A DNA stretch of 64,000 nt from Nitrososphaerales archaeon (GCA_965197925.1 CBDAOC010000019.1:32001-96000); one strand, 5' to 3'. Counted from the stretch's first letter, positions 9,978 through 22,647 are shown. A program made the numbers and translations. The notes: generated from the sequence alone by a model not told the origin.

Positions 9978-10982
9978 TCTAGATCTGTCCTCTCTAGCTA
10001 AATTTGTGAGAAAATCAAAGAAAAAGAGCATGCCGACCATATGGCATATACCAGACAATCTATGGGAAGAGTTCAAACTAGTGTTGCCACCAGAGAAACC
10101 AGCAAGAACAGTTGGAAGGCCAGCTGTGCCATTTAGAAAAGTGTTGAATGGAATACTGTACGTATTAAGAACTGGATGCCAGTGGAAGAAGGTATCTAAA
10201 GAATTTGGTTCTGGTTCAACTTGCCATGCAAGATTTCAGGAATGGATTGGGATAGGAGTATTCAAGAAGGTATGGAAGAGGCTGCTGGAAATATATGATG
10301 AATTAAAGAGCATGGGATGGGACTGGCAATCCATGGATAGCGTACCGAAGGCCCCATTAGGGGGAAAACGACCGGAGCAAACCCAACGGATAGAGGCAAG
10401 CTAGGTACCAAACGTCACATGCTTGTTGATAGAAGAGGAGTACCTCTCTCATCTGTAATTACTGGAGCAAATAAACACGATATGAAATCAGCCTTTCCTA
10501 CAATAGATAGCATTGTTGTTGATAGACCTAAAATTAAACAGAACATATGCATGAATAGGATACGATTTCCCTGAGATAGAGTATAGAGTATGAAATATGG
10601 AGTTAGGAAGGGGATACGTGGATCACATTCGTCATAAGGGTGAAGTGTTGAAAAAGAATTTGTACAAAGCAAAGAGATGGGTTGTAGAAAGAACCGCATC
10701 TTGGCATAACAGGTTCAGAAAGTTATTGGTAAGGTTCGAGAAGAGAGAGGAAAATTATCAGGCGCTAGTAGAGTTTGCTAACTGCCTAATAGTGTATAGA
10801 GCGATATATTGGTAGTGTCATAAACACGTTAATGCAACTGTTTCTAGTATCTACTATCTACAATACTAATAAAATCAATAGTAAGAAAACTAAACCTGAC
10901 AGTTTGAACTAATATTCTTGCATTCTAAATGTTATCATTTCTACCAATCATTAACTATCAGCTAGAATTTTAGGATAGACTC
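9978..10982 (+). mobile_element. IS family A (IS5 family, two-ORF transposase), lacking its left ~50 bp
   Basis: ORFs 10006..10404 (WHIPDNLW...GILYVLRTGCQW) and 10597..10815 (RWVVERTASW); right TIR AATTTTAGGATAGACTC followed by TTA; starts at TCTAGA. Confidence 0.9.
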
Positions 10983-12390
10983 TTACTTGAAATCCAGTCA
11001 TAACCATCTGGCTTAGGTTTATGTACATCTATTTATTCATATAAAAAAAGACTTATGCTTATTGTCCAAGATGTTACTAAGATCTGGTAACATCAACGAG
11101 ATTGTTCATAGGTCGACAATCAGAATTGTACAGAAGATTAGATTATGAATTGGACAAACTAAAAAGAGGTTTACCTTATGAATAATCCAAATCAATAAAA
11201 ATTTAATAAAAAATTAGGTATGGGTTATGTAGCAGAAAACGGTCTATGATGTTGACGTAATCGAACCAATTATTTGCAAATTCTGTTAATGAATAGGCAG
11301 CAAATTTGAGTTATGGAAAATATGTTGAAGTGCCTTCTTTATCCATCCTCTCAATGCTGCTCTAACAACTTTAATATCCACTTGTTATCTGAACGGTTCC
11401 ATCAAGTCATAAAACAATGAGGCTTTAATTTACCGCATAAATGGGATAACAGAACCCTCTAAGAAAATATCTCTATCTGTACCAAAAACCTCCCATTCAA
11501 TTACTGGTCTGACACCGTCGACTTTTAGCAAAAAATACTCCCTATCACCAGGCTGCAAAAGCTCTCTGGAAGTTGAAAATACCAGTGGTAACAATTTCTT
11601 CTTTCTTGTCCCACTGCTTAGGCCCCTTGGCTGCCTTAAAGGCTGAATCACTGTTAGATAAGGTTAAACCATTAATAGCTATACTACTATCATCCATGTT
11701 TCTTAGCCTGATAATTATTATGACATGAATATTGTGCTAACACTATTATTCAATCCAAACGACCTTCTTTGAAATTATATCCTTTAGAATTATGCATAAT
11801 TTGTGATAGACTCAAGCTAAGTGATTTACCCAAGACCCATTTTTAGGAAAGGGATAAGTATTAAACATTACTAGATCCGTAAGGTTAATCATTACTGGAA
11901 CTGGCAAATATCATAAGATTGTTGCCTCCGAAGGTAACACCTATGGAACAATATGCCATCATCTAGAAATCCACATTATCAACTATTGCCGTGTTACCTA
12001 CACTTGGAAATCAATCCAAATGGAAAGTATACGACTGATAAAAAAAAATTAGACATGACTGGTTTAGCAATATGGCATATATGTTATCTTAGATTTTGTT
12101 GTTCTTCGGTTTGTTTTTCTGCGACCCAAGTTAACTTTACTACAGGAACCATCTTCCATCTGGAATATTCGGTTTAGGCTCTTCAAAATTCAAATAATTT
12201 AATCTTCCACCAATATACATCATCAATTCTCTCGCCTTTATCTCCATAATACTTTACCACTAATGCTTTCTATTCTTGTAAATAACTCTCATTCCAAGCA
12301 ACTTTCCTAACTCATTTAAATATAGTTTAACAGTATTTGGCCTCAATCTCACATTGCCATTATTAGGTTCAATGAAATCCTTCTTCTTTA

Positions 12391-12549
12391 TCCATACTCT
12401 ATCTCTGGAAAATCATATCCCTCATCCATGCATATGTTCTGTTTAACTTGAGATCTATCAACAACAATGCTATCTATTGTAGGAAAGGCTGATTTCATAT
12501 CGTGTTTATTTGCTCCAGTAATTACAGATGAGAGAGGAATGCCTCTTCT
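12391..12549 (-). mobile_element. Internal fragment of IS family A
   Basis: Matches 15665-15810; reverse strand retains ICMDEGYDFPEIEYG. Confidence 0.75.
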
Positions 12550-12689
12550 GTTTCTACAATCACCATCAGAACGTTTGCGGAGATCAGCGTAACAATAAAA
12601 AATTGAAATCCTCTTGCTGCTTTATCACTAGTTACTCCCTCAAGAATCTCATACGCCCTATTTAGTGCCTTATTAGTCATGAACTGATC

Positions 12690-14324
12690 CTATATCCATT
12701 CTTTTTTCTTAAACCAAACTAACAATATAATTGCAATTACTGCCATAGAACCAAGCATAGAAAAGTAGCTGCCCTTCCACGATAGTTCAGGAAGGTATTC
12801 AAAGTTAGTTCCATAAATCCCAGCAATGAACGTTAAAGGGATGAAAATACTTGCAATTAAAGTTAGAGTTTTCATTGTTTCGTTCATCTTATTGCTCACA
12901 CTTGAAAGGTAACTGTCAAGCATTCCCCCAACCATTTCCCTTAATGATTCAATAGTGTCCATTACCTGAATAGTGTGAGTATAAACATCTCTAAGGTAAG
13001 TCCTTGTTGAAGTCTCAATAAGTGGAGTTTGGCTTTTTTCAAAAGTATCTATGACTTCTCGGAGTGGCCAAATCGATTTACGCAAAGTGATCATCACCCT
13101 TTTCAACTTTTGTATGGTGTAAAGTGTTTTGGGCGTTGGTTTACTTGTAAGCTCTTCCTCAACTATTTCTGTTATTTGTTCAATTTTTTCCATCAGAACA
13201 AAGTAGTGGTCAACAATAGCATCAGCCAAAGCATAAGCTAGATGATCGCTCTTTCTGTTCCGCAATTCGCCTATAGCATTTCTAATCCTATCTCTAATCG
13301 GATCAAAAATATCACCCCCTGTTTCTTTAAACGAGAGTACGTAATTTGACCCAACGATAAGGCTAAACTGTTCCGTAACAAGTTTTCCTTCCTCATCAAA
13401 AAAAGGCATTTTCAAAATGAAGAAGAGATTTTTCTCATTGATTTGAAACTTTGGGCGCAATTCCGTATTCATAATGTCAGCTTGAACGAGGGGATGCAAT
13501 TGAAAATGTTCACCAAATTTCGCAATAACTTTGGGATCATGAATGCCTGAGATATTTATCCATGACACTTTGGAATCATCGATGTTAAAACACTCTTCAG
13601 GAGTCTCAAACCTTCTTTCATTAAAATTATCTTTGTCATACTCGATTATATGAAAGGTCATTTTCTCTACTTTTTTCTCACCAATATGTATGAGAGCACC
13701 TGCATGGAGGCCTATCGTGTCTGAGGTAGTTGTTAATTCCTCCGATTTTTTCCTAACGATTTTTGCTAGATTTGCCATATCCAAAGTATGAGTTAACATT
13801 TCAACTTTCGCTATCCTACCTGTTACACCTAGTATTATGAAACCAGCAAGAATTGAAAAAAGAATGCTTACAAGAAGAGGTGCGAGGTTTCCATTAATAG
13901 CAGCCTGATATATTGCTTGAACATCAGTAGCAGATCCCGTTTCTACAAAAGCACCAATAACAACATCAGTTAGGAAAAAGAGAAATGAGAGAATTGCTCC
14001 TATAACTATTGGAGTTATCGCTCTAAATTTTGGCGGAATATCAATATCTTTTTCTCCTTTGTAGGGTGAGAGATATTTTTTGTATTTAACTATCAATAAA
14101 GCAATACCTGTGATAATTATTGTTGAAGCAATCCACCAGGTAATAAACCAGAAACCTTGAGCAGAATTCATTTTTTCAATGCCTGAAATCAGGTCTTGAA
14201 TGTTACCTGTTAATGGTAAAGCCAAAAACGAGGTTGCGACTCCCACTACTATTTGATACAGAAAAGCAAAGGAAAAACCAATTGTAAGCCTATTTACAAT
14301 AATTCCTATCGTGTTATTCATCAA
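12690..14324 (-). CDS. corA: CorA-family Mg/Co transporter with an extra N-terminal multi-TM domain
   Basis: SWINISG.HD...FQLHPL..ADI, YLRDVY.H, MNETMKTLT..ASIFIPLTFIAGIYGTNF..LPEL.W. Confidence 0.85.
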   Translation of the reverse strand: MMNNTIGIIVNRLTIGFSFAFLYQIVVGVATSFLALPLTGNIQDLISGIEKMNSAQGFWFITWWIASTIIITGIALLIVKYKKYLSPYKGEKDIDIPPKFRAITPIVIGAILSFLFFLTDVVIGAFVETGSATDVQAIYQAAINGNLAPLLVSILFSILAGFIILGVTGRIAKVEMLTHTLDMANLAKIVRKKSEELTTTSDTIGLHAGALIHIGEKKVEKMTFHIIEYDKDNFNERRFETPEECFNIDDSKVSWINISGIHDPKVIAKFGEHFQLHPLVQADIMNTELRPKFQINEKNLFFILKMPFFDEEGKLVTEQFSLIVGSNYVLSFKETGGDIFDPIRDRIRNAIGELRNRKSDHLAYALADAIVDHYFVLMEKIEQITEIVEEELTSKPTPKTLYTIQKLKRVMITLRKSIWPLREVIDTFEKSQTPLIETSTRTYLRDVYTHTIQVMDTIESLREMVGGMLDSYLSSVSNKMNETMKTLTLIASIFIPLTFIAGIYGTNFEYLPELSWKGSYFSMLGSMAVIAIILLVWFKKKEWI

Positions 14325-14375
14325 ATTTTTCCAGAACTTTGTCTTCTTTAAGCATTTTCTGACTATTAGGAGACT

Positions 14376-16311
14376 TAGCCTATCCTAAAATTCTAGCTGA
14401 TAGTTAATGATTGGTAGAAATGATAACATTTAGAATGCAAGAATATTAGTTCAAACTGTCAGGTTTAGTTTTCTTACTATTGATTTTATTAGTATTGTAG
14501 ATAGTAGATACTAGAAACAGTTGCATTAACGTGTTTATGACACTACCAATATATCGCTCTATACACTATTAGGCAGTTAGCAAATTCTACTAGCGCCTGA
14601 TAATTTTCCTCTCTCTTCTCGAACCTTACCAATAACTTTCTGAACCTGTTATGCCAAGATGCGGTTCTTTCTACAACCCATCTCTTTGCTTTGTACAAAT
14701 TCTTTTTCAACACTTCACCCTTATGACGAATGTGATCCACGTATCCCCTTCCTAACTCCATATTTCATACTCTATACTCTCAACTTGTCCCAAAACTGAT
14801 CATTTAGTGAATTAATGACGATCATTAGATCTATTTGCAATTAGTCATTGAACCATCTCATGCAATTTCAAGAATTAACAGACAAGCAATGGAGGATGAT
14901 GCAAAAATACATTCCAAAACCTGCAAGAACAGGCAGACCAAGGAGTAATGACCGTGTCACGATAAATGGAATCATGTTTGTTCTAGTTACTGGATGCAGG
15001 TGGCGTGAGATGCCAGAAAAGTATGGCTCAAAATCAACTGCACATCGCAGGTTACAGAACTGGCAGCAAAGGAAAGTATGGAAAAAGATTCTGTCAGGTG
15101 CAATAAAATCTGCATACAAATCTGGCAATCTACAACTGCAGAGGATATCAGTTGATTCCTCAACTGTTCCTGCCAAAAAAGAGGCAATGTGATTGGACAT
15201 GATGGATTCAAGAGGATTACAGGCACAAAGATACATGTTGCAGTTGATTGTAATTCCCTGCCAGTATCAATAATTATTGGTTCTGCAAATGAACATGACT
15301 CTACTAGATTAATTGATGTGATGGAAAACATTTCTGACTATCTAGATGATGATTCAATAAAACAAATTACATCAGTTTATGCAGACAAGGGTTATGATTC
15401 TAAAGCAATTAGAGAATATTTGAAAAGCAGAAATATTCTAGATTGTATTTCACACAGAAATTTCAAGACAAAGAACAACAAGACAACAAACCAAAACGAT
15501 TACAGCAAGACACGTTACGTTGTTGAGAGATTCTTTGCGTGGCTCAAGTGTGGATTCCATAGAATGGCAATCAGGTATGAAAGAAGAGCGGAGAATTATT
15601 TTGGGTTGGTTAACATCGCATCAATCATGATGTATTGGAGAGTTTTGGGATAAATTATCTATCTCAGGGAAATCGTATCCTATTCATGCATATGTTCTGT
15701 TTAATTTTAGGTCTATCAACAACAATGCTATCTATTGTAGGAAAGGCTGATTTCATATCGTGTTTATTTGCTCCAGTAATTACAGATGAGAGAGGTACTC
15801 CTCTTCTATCAACAAGCATGTGACGTTTGGTACCTAGCTTGCCTCTATCCGTTGGGTTTGCTCCGGTCGTTTTCCCCCTAATGGGGCCTTCGGTACGCTA
15901 TCCATGGATTGCCAGTCCCATCCCATGCTCTTTAATTCATCATATATTTCCAGCAGCCTCTTCCATACCTTCTTGAATACTCCTATCCCAATCCATTCCT
16001 GAAATCTTGCATGGCAAGTTGAACCAGAACCAAATTCTTTAGATACCTTCTTCCACTGGCATCCAGTTCTTAATACGTACAGTATTCCATTCAACACTTT
16101 TCTAAATGGCACAGCTGGCCTTCCAACTGTTCTTGCTGGTTTCCTTGGCGGCAGCACTAGTTCGAACTCTTCCCATAGATTGTCTGGTATATGCCATATG
16201 GTCGGCATGCTCTTTTTCTTTGATTTTCTCACAAATTTAGCTAGAGAGGACAGATCTAGATCTGTTTCGGTATAAACAATTAGGCTATGATGTTAATTTT
16301 AGGATAGGCTC
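14376..16311 (-). mobile_element. IS family A copy, interrupted by a nested IS family C
   Basis: ORFs 15834..16232 and 14543..14761 near-identical to the 10 kb and 23 kb copies; TIRs at both ends. Confidence 0.9.
14781..15657 (+). mobile_element. IS family C (IS5 family, two-ORF frameshift type) nested in IS A, with TCT duplication
   Basis: TIRs CAACTTGTCCCAAAACT / AGTTTTGGGATAAATTA; ORFs 14848..15192 and 15189..15653 (VDSS, ADKGYD, RYVVERFFAW); TCT at 14778-14780 and 15658-15660. Confidence 0.9.
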
Positions 16312-16483
16312 TTAGATGGTCTATCCACTAGATACTTGAATATCTAAATAGATGTATTATTCATGTTTAATCATTCTATCGATCAGCACAAATTATTCAT
16401 TGACAAAGTCTAGACTATAATGACATTTTTACCGGTTTATCCATTACACTTTACTTATAACCTATCAGAAATATGTAGTAAGA

Positions 16484-16798
16484 ATGGTGGGGCGTTGGTC
16501 AGCAACAATTTTATCAATCTTTATGATGTCAGTGATGCTATGTTCCATTATAGCTGTTACCATGCCATCCTCATATGTGCAAGGTTCTGATAAAAGTGAT
16601 ATTAAAAAACTTGATCTATCTACAACTGATACTCAAGTAGATACAAAAATTCTTGCTAAGGTTCATCTTCCCTTCATCGAAAATAATGGGCAAACACATG
16701 AGGATGTAAAGTATTATGCCAATACTTTTGCTGGTAATATCTTTGTCAGTGATATAGAAATAACATATACATTTACCAAAGGTGCATCAGATGAATAA
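16484..16798 (+). pseudogene. N-terminal fragment of a secreted surface protein (SBBP-associated N-terminal domain-like)
   Basis: Signal peptide then LPFIENNGQ...VKYY; ends prematurely at 104 aa. Confidence 0.5.
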
Positions 16799-17548
16799 CA
16801 AAAAGTTAACAAGTATTGCATTGTCTATAATACTACTAACAAGTTCAATAACAATCTTCGGTGCTTTCATATTCTTCCCAGTACAGGAAGCAGAAGCCCA
16901 AGGTCTTCAGCTAAGGTTTCTGGTGCGGAATTCCCACAGTATGAGAACCACTTCTACGGCGCCCAAATCATGGAGATAATCATAGATGACCCCGGTGCTA
17001 CTGACCCAGATGAATCAACCATAGGTCTTCAGGTCCTTGGAGAAACGGTTCCAAGAGTCCATCTGTCAGATGGTCTTTGGTACCAATACACTGCGGAGGA
17101 AGACTTTTTCGGAATATACCTTGACCTTCTCACAGATGGAGCAAGAGATAGCAATATTGCAGTGGTTTCTGTAACTCCTACACCAGCTAGTGTGATGATA
17201 GGAGCCAAAAACTTTACCTTTTCAACTGATCCTTTTAGCTGGGTTAGAGAAGTAACTGTAGGTCCGGGTGGATTTAGATTCATTGAGGTGTAACAAAATA
17301 GATTAGGAGCAGCTAGAGGTCTATTCCCCACACTACCTCTTCCGTTCTTTGAGACAGCACCTTCTATCTTAAATCCAGATCTTGAATTATCAGTAAAGCC
17401 ATCTGCAACAATTGGAACTCTTGATGGTTTTTGTACTCCGGACGAGTTCGATCTTCCGAACACTGACTGTGACTGGCCATATATAAGATTGGTACCACTT
17501 GATGAAGCAGAAGCGTTAGTAATTGAGGGCGGTTCAGAAAGTGTTATC
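16791..17548 (+). pseudogene. Thaumarchaeal S-layer protein (SlaA)-like gene, frameshifted and truncated by IS C
   Basis: MNNKKLTSIALSIILL...EAEAQ, then in another frame ENHFYGAQIMEIIIDDP..TDPDE...DGLWYQY, resembling the Nitrosopumilus S-layer N-terminus (from memory). Confidence 0.6.
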
Positions 17549-18428
17549 CAACTGATCCCAAAACTGATCATTTAGTGAATAATTGACGATCATTTGGATC
17601 TATTTGCAATGCTGCCCGTAGCAGATCATGAAATTTCAGGAGATAACAGGTGAACAATGGAAGATGATATCACCGCATCTCCCCAAGCCAGCCAGAACCG
17701 GAAGGCCAAGGGCAGACGACAGAAAGACAGTCAACGGAATCCTGTTTGTCGGGATAACAGGATGCAGGTGGACTGGGATGTCACAAAGGTACGGCTCCAA
17801 ATCAACTGCGCACCGCAGACTGCAGAACTGGCAGCGACGTGGAATATGGAAGAATATCCTCTCCGCTGCAGTCAAATCAGCCCACAGATCAGGCAAGATG
17901 CAGCTGCAAAAAACGGTCGATTCGTCATCAGTTCCGGCCAAAAAAGGGGAAGCGTCATAGGATACAACGGATTCAACAGGATTTCAGGCACAAAAATACA
18001 CGTTGCGGTGGAACAAAACGGACTGCCAGTCTCAGTAGTGATGGGTCCTGCAAATCAGCATGACTCTGCAAGATTTGTAGACGTGATGGATGGCATCTCA
18101 CAATATCTGGATGAGAGATCTATCAGAAAAATTGCGCGGTGCCAAGCAGACAAGGGCTATGATGCAGAATTCATCAGGAAATACCTCACCAAAAGAAAAA
18201 TCTCTGACTGCATACCTTACAGAAAAAACAGTAAGACACAACAACAAAATGATGATACAGAACAATACCTATACGGCAAGACGCGCTATGTTGTGGAGAG
18301 ATTCTTTGCCTGGTTGAAGAATGGGTTCCACAGAACCAGGATCAGATATGAGAATAATGCACAAAACTATCTGGCATTTGTTATCATTTCGTCGATTATG
18401 ATGTATTGGAGAGTATTGGGATGACTTC
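17549..18428 (+). mobile_element. IS family C, second diverged copy
   Basis: TIRs CAACTGATCCCAAAACT / AGTATTGGGATGACTTC; ORFs 17628..17960 and the 3' part of 17657..18424. Confidence 0.88.
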
Positions 18429-19077
18429 GTTATGCTTTCATACATCTTGTTATCAGTAATGTTAGCTGTTGTGAAATCAGCTGATAATGGAACTATCAAC
18501 GAACCTGTGCTACATGCTAGATGCATCTTGTATCTGAATACCCATCCCTTGGTTCTGCTGAATCCCCATCGAGCATCTGTATCTATACCTGAGCGTGGCA
18601 CTTCATTCTTCATGTTTGATCTATGCCATACATGTCCCTTTGCTTTCAACAATGAACTGTCAACGGATATTATGGCTGGGTCTACCAACCCATCTTTTAT
18701 GAAGAGCATACCCATAACATCTATCCTTGATCTTATGTCAATTGATACGGCCTTGACCTTCTGTCGAATGTTCTTCTGTCTGGCAACCTATCAAGACCAC
18801 ATGCCTTCATTACCTTCCTGTTGTATGGCATGTCTATCGAAAAGTATTGATGTAACACATTGTTGCTTGGTATTCTTATCCATACTCTAACGATGAAGCA
18901 TCTCACCATAACTGTAGGAGAATAGTAGAATGGTCTACCTCTTTTCCTATTAGGTTTTGTCCGAATCACGTCAATCAAAAATAATATATGAAGAAGTATC
19001 GAGTCTGAGCTAAACACATTACCAATGAAAAATGGAACCTGATCTTATCGTTTCGAACTAAATTACGCCCAAGCCTC
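18429..19077 (-). mobile_element. IS family B (DDE transposase), right half deleted
   Basis: Left TIR ...AATTACGCCCAAGCCTC at 19077; ORF pieces 18733..19017 and 18269..18715. Confidence 0.85.
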
Positions 19078-19106
19078 AATTAGTTCGGAAGTTTATAAGA
19101 AGCGAT

Positions 19107-19713
19107 TTGAATGGGAATTTTATATTCAATTTCGCATTACCACCTAACGTAATGCTCGGCGATTACACAGTGGAGGTTATAAGTCAATGCAGGGATGAAC
19201 ATAGGGATATATGTACAAATCAAAGTAGTTCAATACAGTTTACAGCAATCAAAATAAGGAACGCATCGGACGAAGCAATGGTATTGCCAACAGACAACAA
19301 ATTCATCAATGTTTTATTAACAATGGATAGGGAGACTCTTGAGGCAGAAAAACCAACCATATTCACCCTGAAGTTTCTTGATCCCCTAACCGGGAAGACC
19401 ATTCAACATGTGAACTATTCTTTAAGTCATAAATAAAAATAGAAATGTTGTAGTAAACAAAGCAGATTTACATAGCAATGAAGGTGTGGATACACAAATA
19501 ATAACATTTAGAGATAAAGGCTCATTCACATTGGCAATAGAAGTAGCAGGACTTGGTGCCAACAAGCCATACGACACAAAGCATAGCGGAATGGCAGGTA
19601 CTACACTCACAGTAGTTCCTGAATCTTCTGTTGGTGTTCTTGCAGTGTGGACTGTGGTGGTAGGGGTGGGAATAACAATAACTAGAATAAGGAATTTGAT
19701 GTATTACGAATAA
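19107..19713 (+). pseudogene. C-terminal remnant of a PEFG-CTERM-like surface protein
   Basis: Two ORF pieces; ends VVPESSVGVLAVWTVVVGVGITITRIR; 5' part replaced by IS B. Confidence 0.6.
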
Positions 19714-19831
19714 TGTTTAGAAGTGTTGACAGAAATTCTGTTTCTAATGTGGAAACCTGCAATTGTGTTGTACCGTAAAAATTTCATTATCCTCAACATG
19801 GATGATAAAAAGTATAAGCAGAAAAGAATAA

Positions 19832-20221
19832 GTGTCTGGTAAGGCTACAAGAATTATGGTACATGAGATTGAAGTAAAGTATGATGAACTCATGAACGCT
19901 TTTGCCAAGCATTTTCCCAAAGTCAATAGAAGACTATTGATGGCTTTTCTTGAAAGGCTCAAGAAAAATCCAAACAAACCCCCAATGTTTACAGTTGAGG
20001 TATTTACAGAGCCAAGTACAGACCCAAATGCCGCTAGTAATATGATATCGTCAAAAACAGGAAATGTTCCCGCCGTCTATGACAAGGGAACGCATTACGT
20101 TACGGATCAGCAACTATCTTTTGAAATACTGCAAGAGATTTCTGCAGACCCGGATGTTATATCTATTACAGGAGATCTCTTAGATGTTGGTGGCTCAAGG
20201 GGTCCTTCATACGTTCGTTAA
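19832..20221 (+). CDS. Hypothetical protein
   Basis: 129-aa ORF with protein-like composition. Confidence 0.6.
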   Translation: MSGKATRIMVHEIEVKYDELMNAFAKHFPKVNRRLLMAFLERLKKNPNKPPMFTVEVFTEPSTDPNAASNMISSKTGNVPAVYDKGTHYVTDQQLSFEILQEISADPDVISITGDLLDVGGSRGPSYVR

Positions 20222-20252
20222 TTTTGTTTATTCTATGGTTAATAATATCGCA

Positions 20253-22046
20253 TTAAAGTTCCTTTAGCTGTTGTACTTTCTGTTCTACAAAGTCAAAGCC
20301 CTTCTGCCAGAACTCATCTTTAGAGATATCAATCCCTGATTCCTTTAACAACTCTTCTAGTTTTCTAGAACCACCTGCCGCAAGTATTTTTAAGTATTTT
20401 GGAACAAACGAACTGCCTTCACGTTTGTATTGCTGGTAAAGTGACAGTACCAGCAAATTTCCAAATGAATATGCATAGCAGTAAAATGGCGCATGGTAAA
20501 AGTGTGAAATGTAAAGCCATTCCCATTTAAATTCTGGGCTAACCCTTATCGAATCACCAAATTGTACCCTTAGATTTCTAAGGTATAATTCTGAAATTTC
20601 ATCAATAGTAGCATTCTGTTCTGCAATAGCTTGATGTACATCAATTTCGAAGATTGTAAAATATGCCTGGCGCATTATAGTAGCATACATATCATCAATA
20701 AGTTCTACAAGTAAAAATTTACGACTTTTCTCTTGTGTCTCATTAACCAACTTCTCATTAAGCAACATTTCTGCAAAAACTGATGAAGTTTCAGCCAGTG
20801 GGAGGGGGGCTTCCAATACTGATATTGGTTTATCAGCTGCAGCCATACTGTGTATCGCATGCCCTAACTCATGAGCAAGTGTGAAAATATCTTTTGTCTT
20901 TCCATCAAAATTCAATAAAATGTAAGGAGTTATTTTAGGAGAAACAGTGTAGCAAAAAGCACCGTCTCGTTTACCATTCCTAATTGCAGAATCCACGTGT
21001 TGCTCAGTAAAAACTCTTTCAGCAAACTTTCTAAACAGTGGATCAAAATCTTCAAAAGTTTCTAATAAGGTATCAATGGCCTTTCCGTAGGCGAAAGTTT
21101 TCTGATGAGATGGTTTTGATGTAAGTGGTGCATAGAGATCATAGCGTGATAATTTTTTAACACCAAACATTTTTGCTTTTTCTTTAAAATATTGCTGAAA
21201 AATGGTTACGTTTCGTTTGCAAACGGAAAGTAGTGTATCAACTGTTTCGTCATTTACATTGTTTATGGCATTTCGAATAGAGATCGGTGATTTGTAACCA
21301 CGCATAGATATACCCTCGTCTCGCCATCGGTTCACAGTGGTTTGGTAAATTTCTCCCAACACACTACTGTTTTTCTTATAAACCTGCCAAAGTGCCTTGT
21401 ATGCTGATTCCCTTTCTTCACGTTTTGTACTCCGTATAAGAGAAAGCAACTTTGTTTTGTTGCTAAATCTTTTTTCTATTATTTTTCTATCCTTCTCTAC
21501 TTTCATAGTAAATTCAAAGCCACTTGCCATTTTGTCATAAATTTTTACAATGGCTTTCATTCCTGTAACATTCAACGTATTGATGATCTTTTCTTCTGGT
21601 ACGGTTAAAGCATACTTTGCGAGTAACCTCTTATGCTTGAGATATTCTTTATAATCATAAGGAACAGAATTTATCAGACGCTCGACATTTTCCTCATCAA
21701 TTTCTCTCTTGAACCACAGATCAAAGAACAACATTCTATTGGCAATATCGGAACTAAGTTTTTCCATCTTTGATACAAGAGCAGCTGCTTCATTAGAAGA
21801 GGTATCTGCATAATACCGTAAGTGAGCATAACCATTTACAATACTCACTTTCTCATATATTTCTTCAATCAAATGTATTACATTTTCAAAATCTTGTGAT
21901 GAAATATTTGGAAGTAGATCTTTACGTTTTGATTCAAGTTGCTTTACTTGAGCTTCAATAGATTCACTAAAGATACGAAATGCGTCTCCAGAGGGGTCCT
22001 TTACCAAATCTGTTAATTTCCACGAACCAACCTTAACACTGCCCAT
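20253..22046 (-). CDS. pepF: M3 family oligoendopeptidase F
   Basis: W.LTDL N-terminus, GKRDGAFC, TLAHELGHAIH, LAETSSVFAE, HFYHAPFYCYAYSFG; start probably MGSVK (ORF track 22091). Confidence 0.9.
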   Translation of the reverse strand: MGSVKVGSWKLTDLVKDPSGDAFRIFSESIEAQVKQLESKRKDLLPNISSQDFENVIHLIEEIYEKVSIVNGYAHLRYYADTSSNEAAALVSKMEKLSSDIANRMLFFDLWFKREIDEENVERLINSVPYDYKEYLKHKRLLAKYALTVPEEKIINTLNVTGMKAIVKIYDKMASGFEFTMKVEKDRKIIEKRFSNKTKLLSLIRSTKREERESAYKALWQVYKKNSSVLGEIYQTTVNRWRDEGISMRGYKSPISIRNAINNVNDETVDTLLSVCKRNVTIFQQYFKEKAKMFGVKKLSRYDLYAPLTSKPSHQKTFAYGKAIDTLLETFEDFDPLFRKFAERVFTEQHVDSAIRNGKRDGAFCYTVSPKITPYILLNFDGKTKDIFTLAHELGHAIHSMAAADKPISVLEAPLPLAETSSVFAEMLLNEKLVNETQEKSRKFLLVELIDDMYATIMRQAYFTIFEIDVHQAIAEQNATIDEISELYLRNLRVQFGDSIRVSPEFKWEWLYISHFYHAPFYCYAYSFGNLLVLSLYQQYKREGSSFVPKYLKILAAGGSRKLEELLKESGIDISKDEFWQKGFDFVEQKVQQLKEL

Positions 22047-22647
22047 AGATAGATTGATTGATATAAAGAAAGTATCACATATACTTTTCACTTGAATTAT
22101 CAGTTGTAGTGTTCAAAACAAAAATCTAAATTTTCTTTACAAAACAAAAAAGATCCTAAACCATGGAGAATAAATCTTTGAATCATATTGTCTCTAGCAA
22201 TATAGCAGTAGGTATGTCTATCCCTTCATGGAGATTATTGATTGGATTGCTTAGAATCAGGAATCCAAGGGGTAAGTATGGATAGTGATCCTTTATGAAA
22301 GAAATAGCAAATTTGAAACAGTATATTTCAGTAGGGCTTACAAGAACAATAGGTACGGTCAACAGATAATGAAAACAATCACTATATACAAAAACATATC
22401 AAACAAAAACATATACACAATGGATCTAAGGGCCACAAGTAATATTCAAGGATATGATGGCACTCTCCAACATCAATGAATGATGAATCCCGATATTTCT
22501 ATACCATTACCAAATTGGTATAATTTCGACACCTGCTGATTTACCGATACATTGGTCCCATACCTCAATATTGCCTAAATGGGTTGTCGCCGTATTCACT
22601 ATACCAATATACTCAATCTTTAATTTTCCATTATGCCTACAAGATAT

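Larger units (their letters stand above)
4994..9983 (-). mobile_element. Element 1: minimal integrated virus-like/satellite element (origin-like end, ATPase module, RHH switch, tyrosine integrase)
   Basis: Integrase plus four genes and a ~300-bp end homologous to element 2; visibly higher GC than flanks; left boundary approximate. Confidence 0.8.

Noticed and set aside
11000..12390. Short ORFs 11430..11651 and 11953..12177
   Set aside because: No recognisable motifs; AT-rich decayed region that cannot support a call
17029..17571. 180-aa minus-strand ORF
   Set aside because: Antisense to the S-layer-like remnant and starts inside IS C
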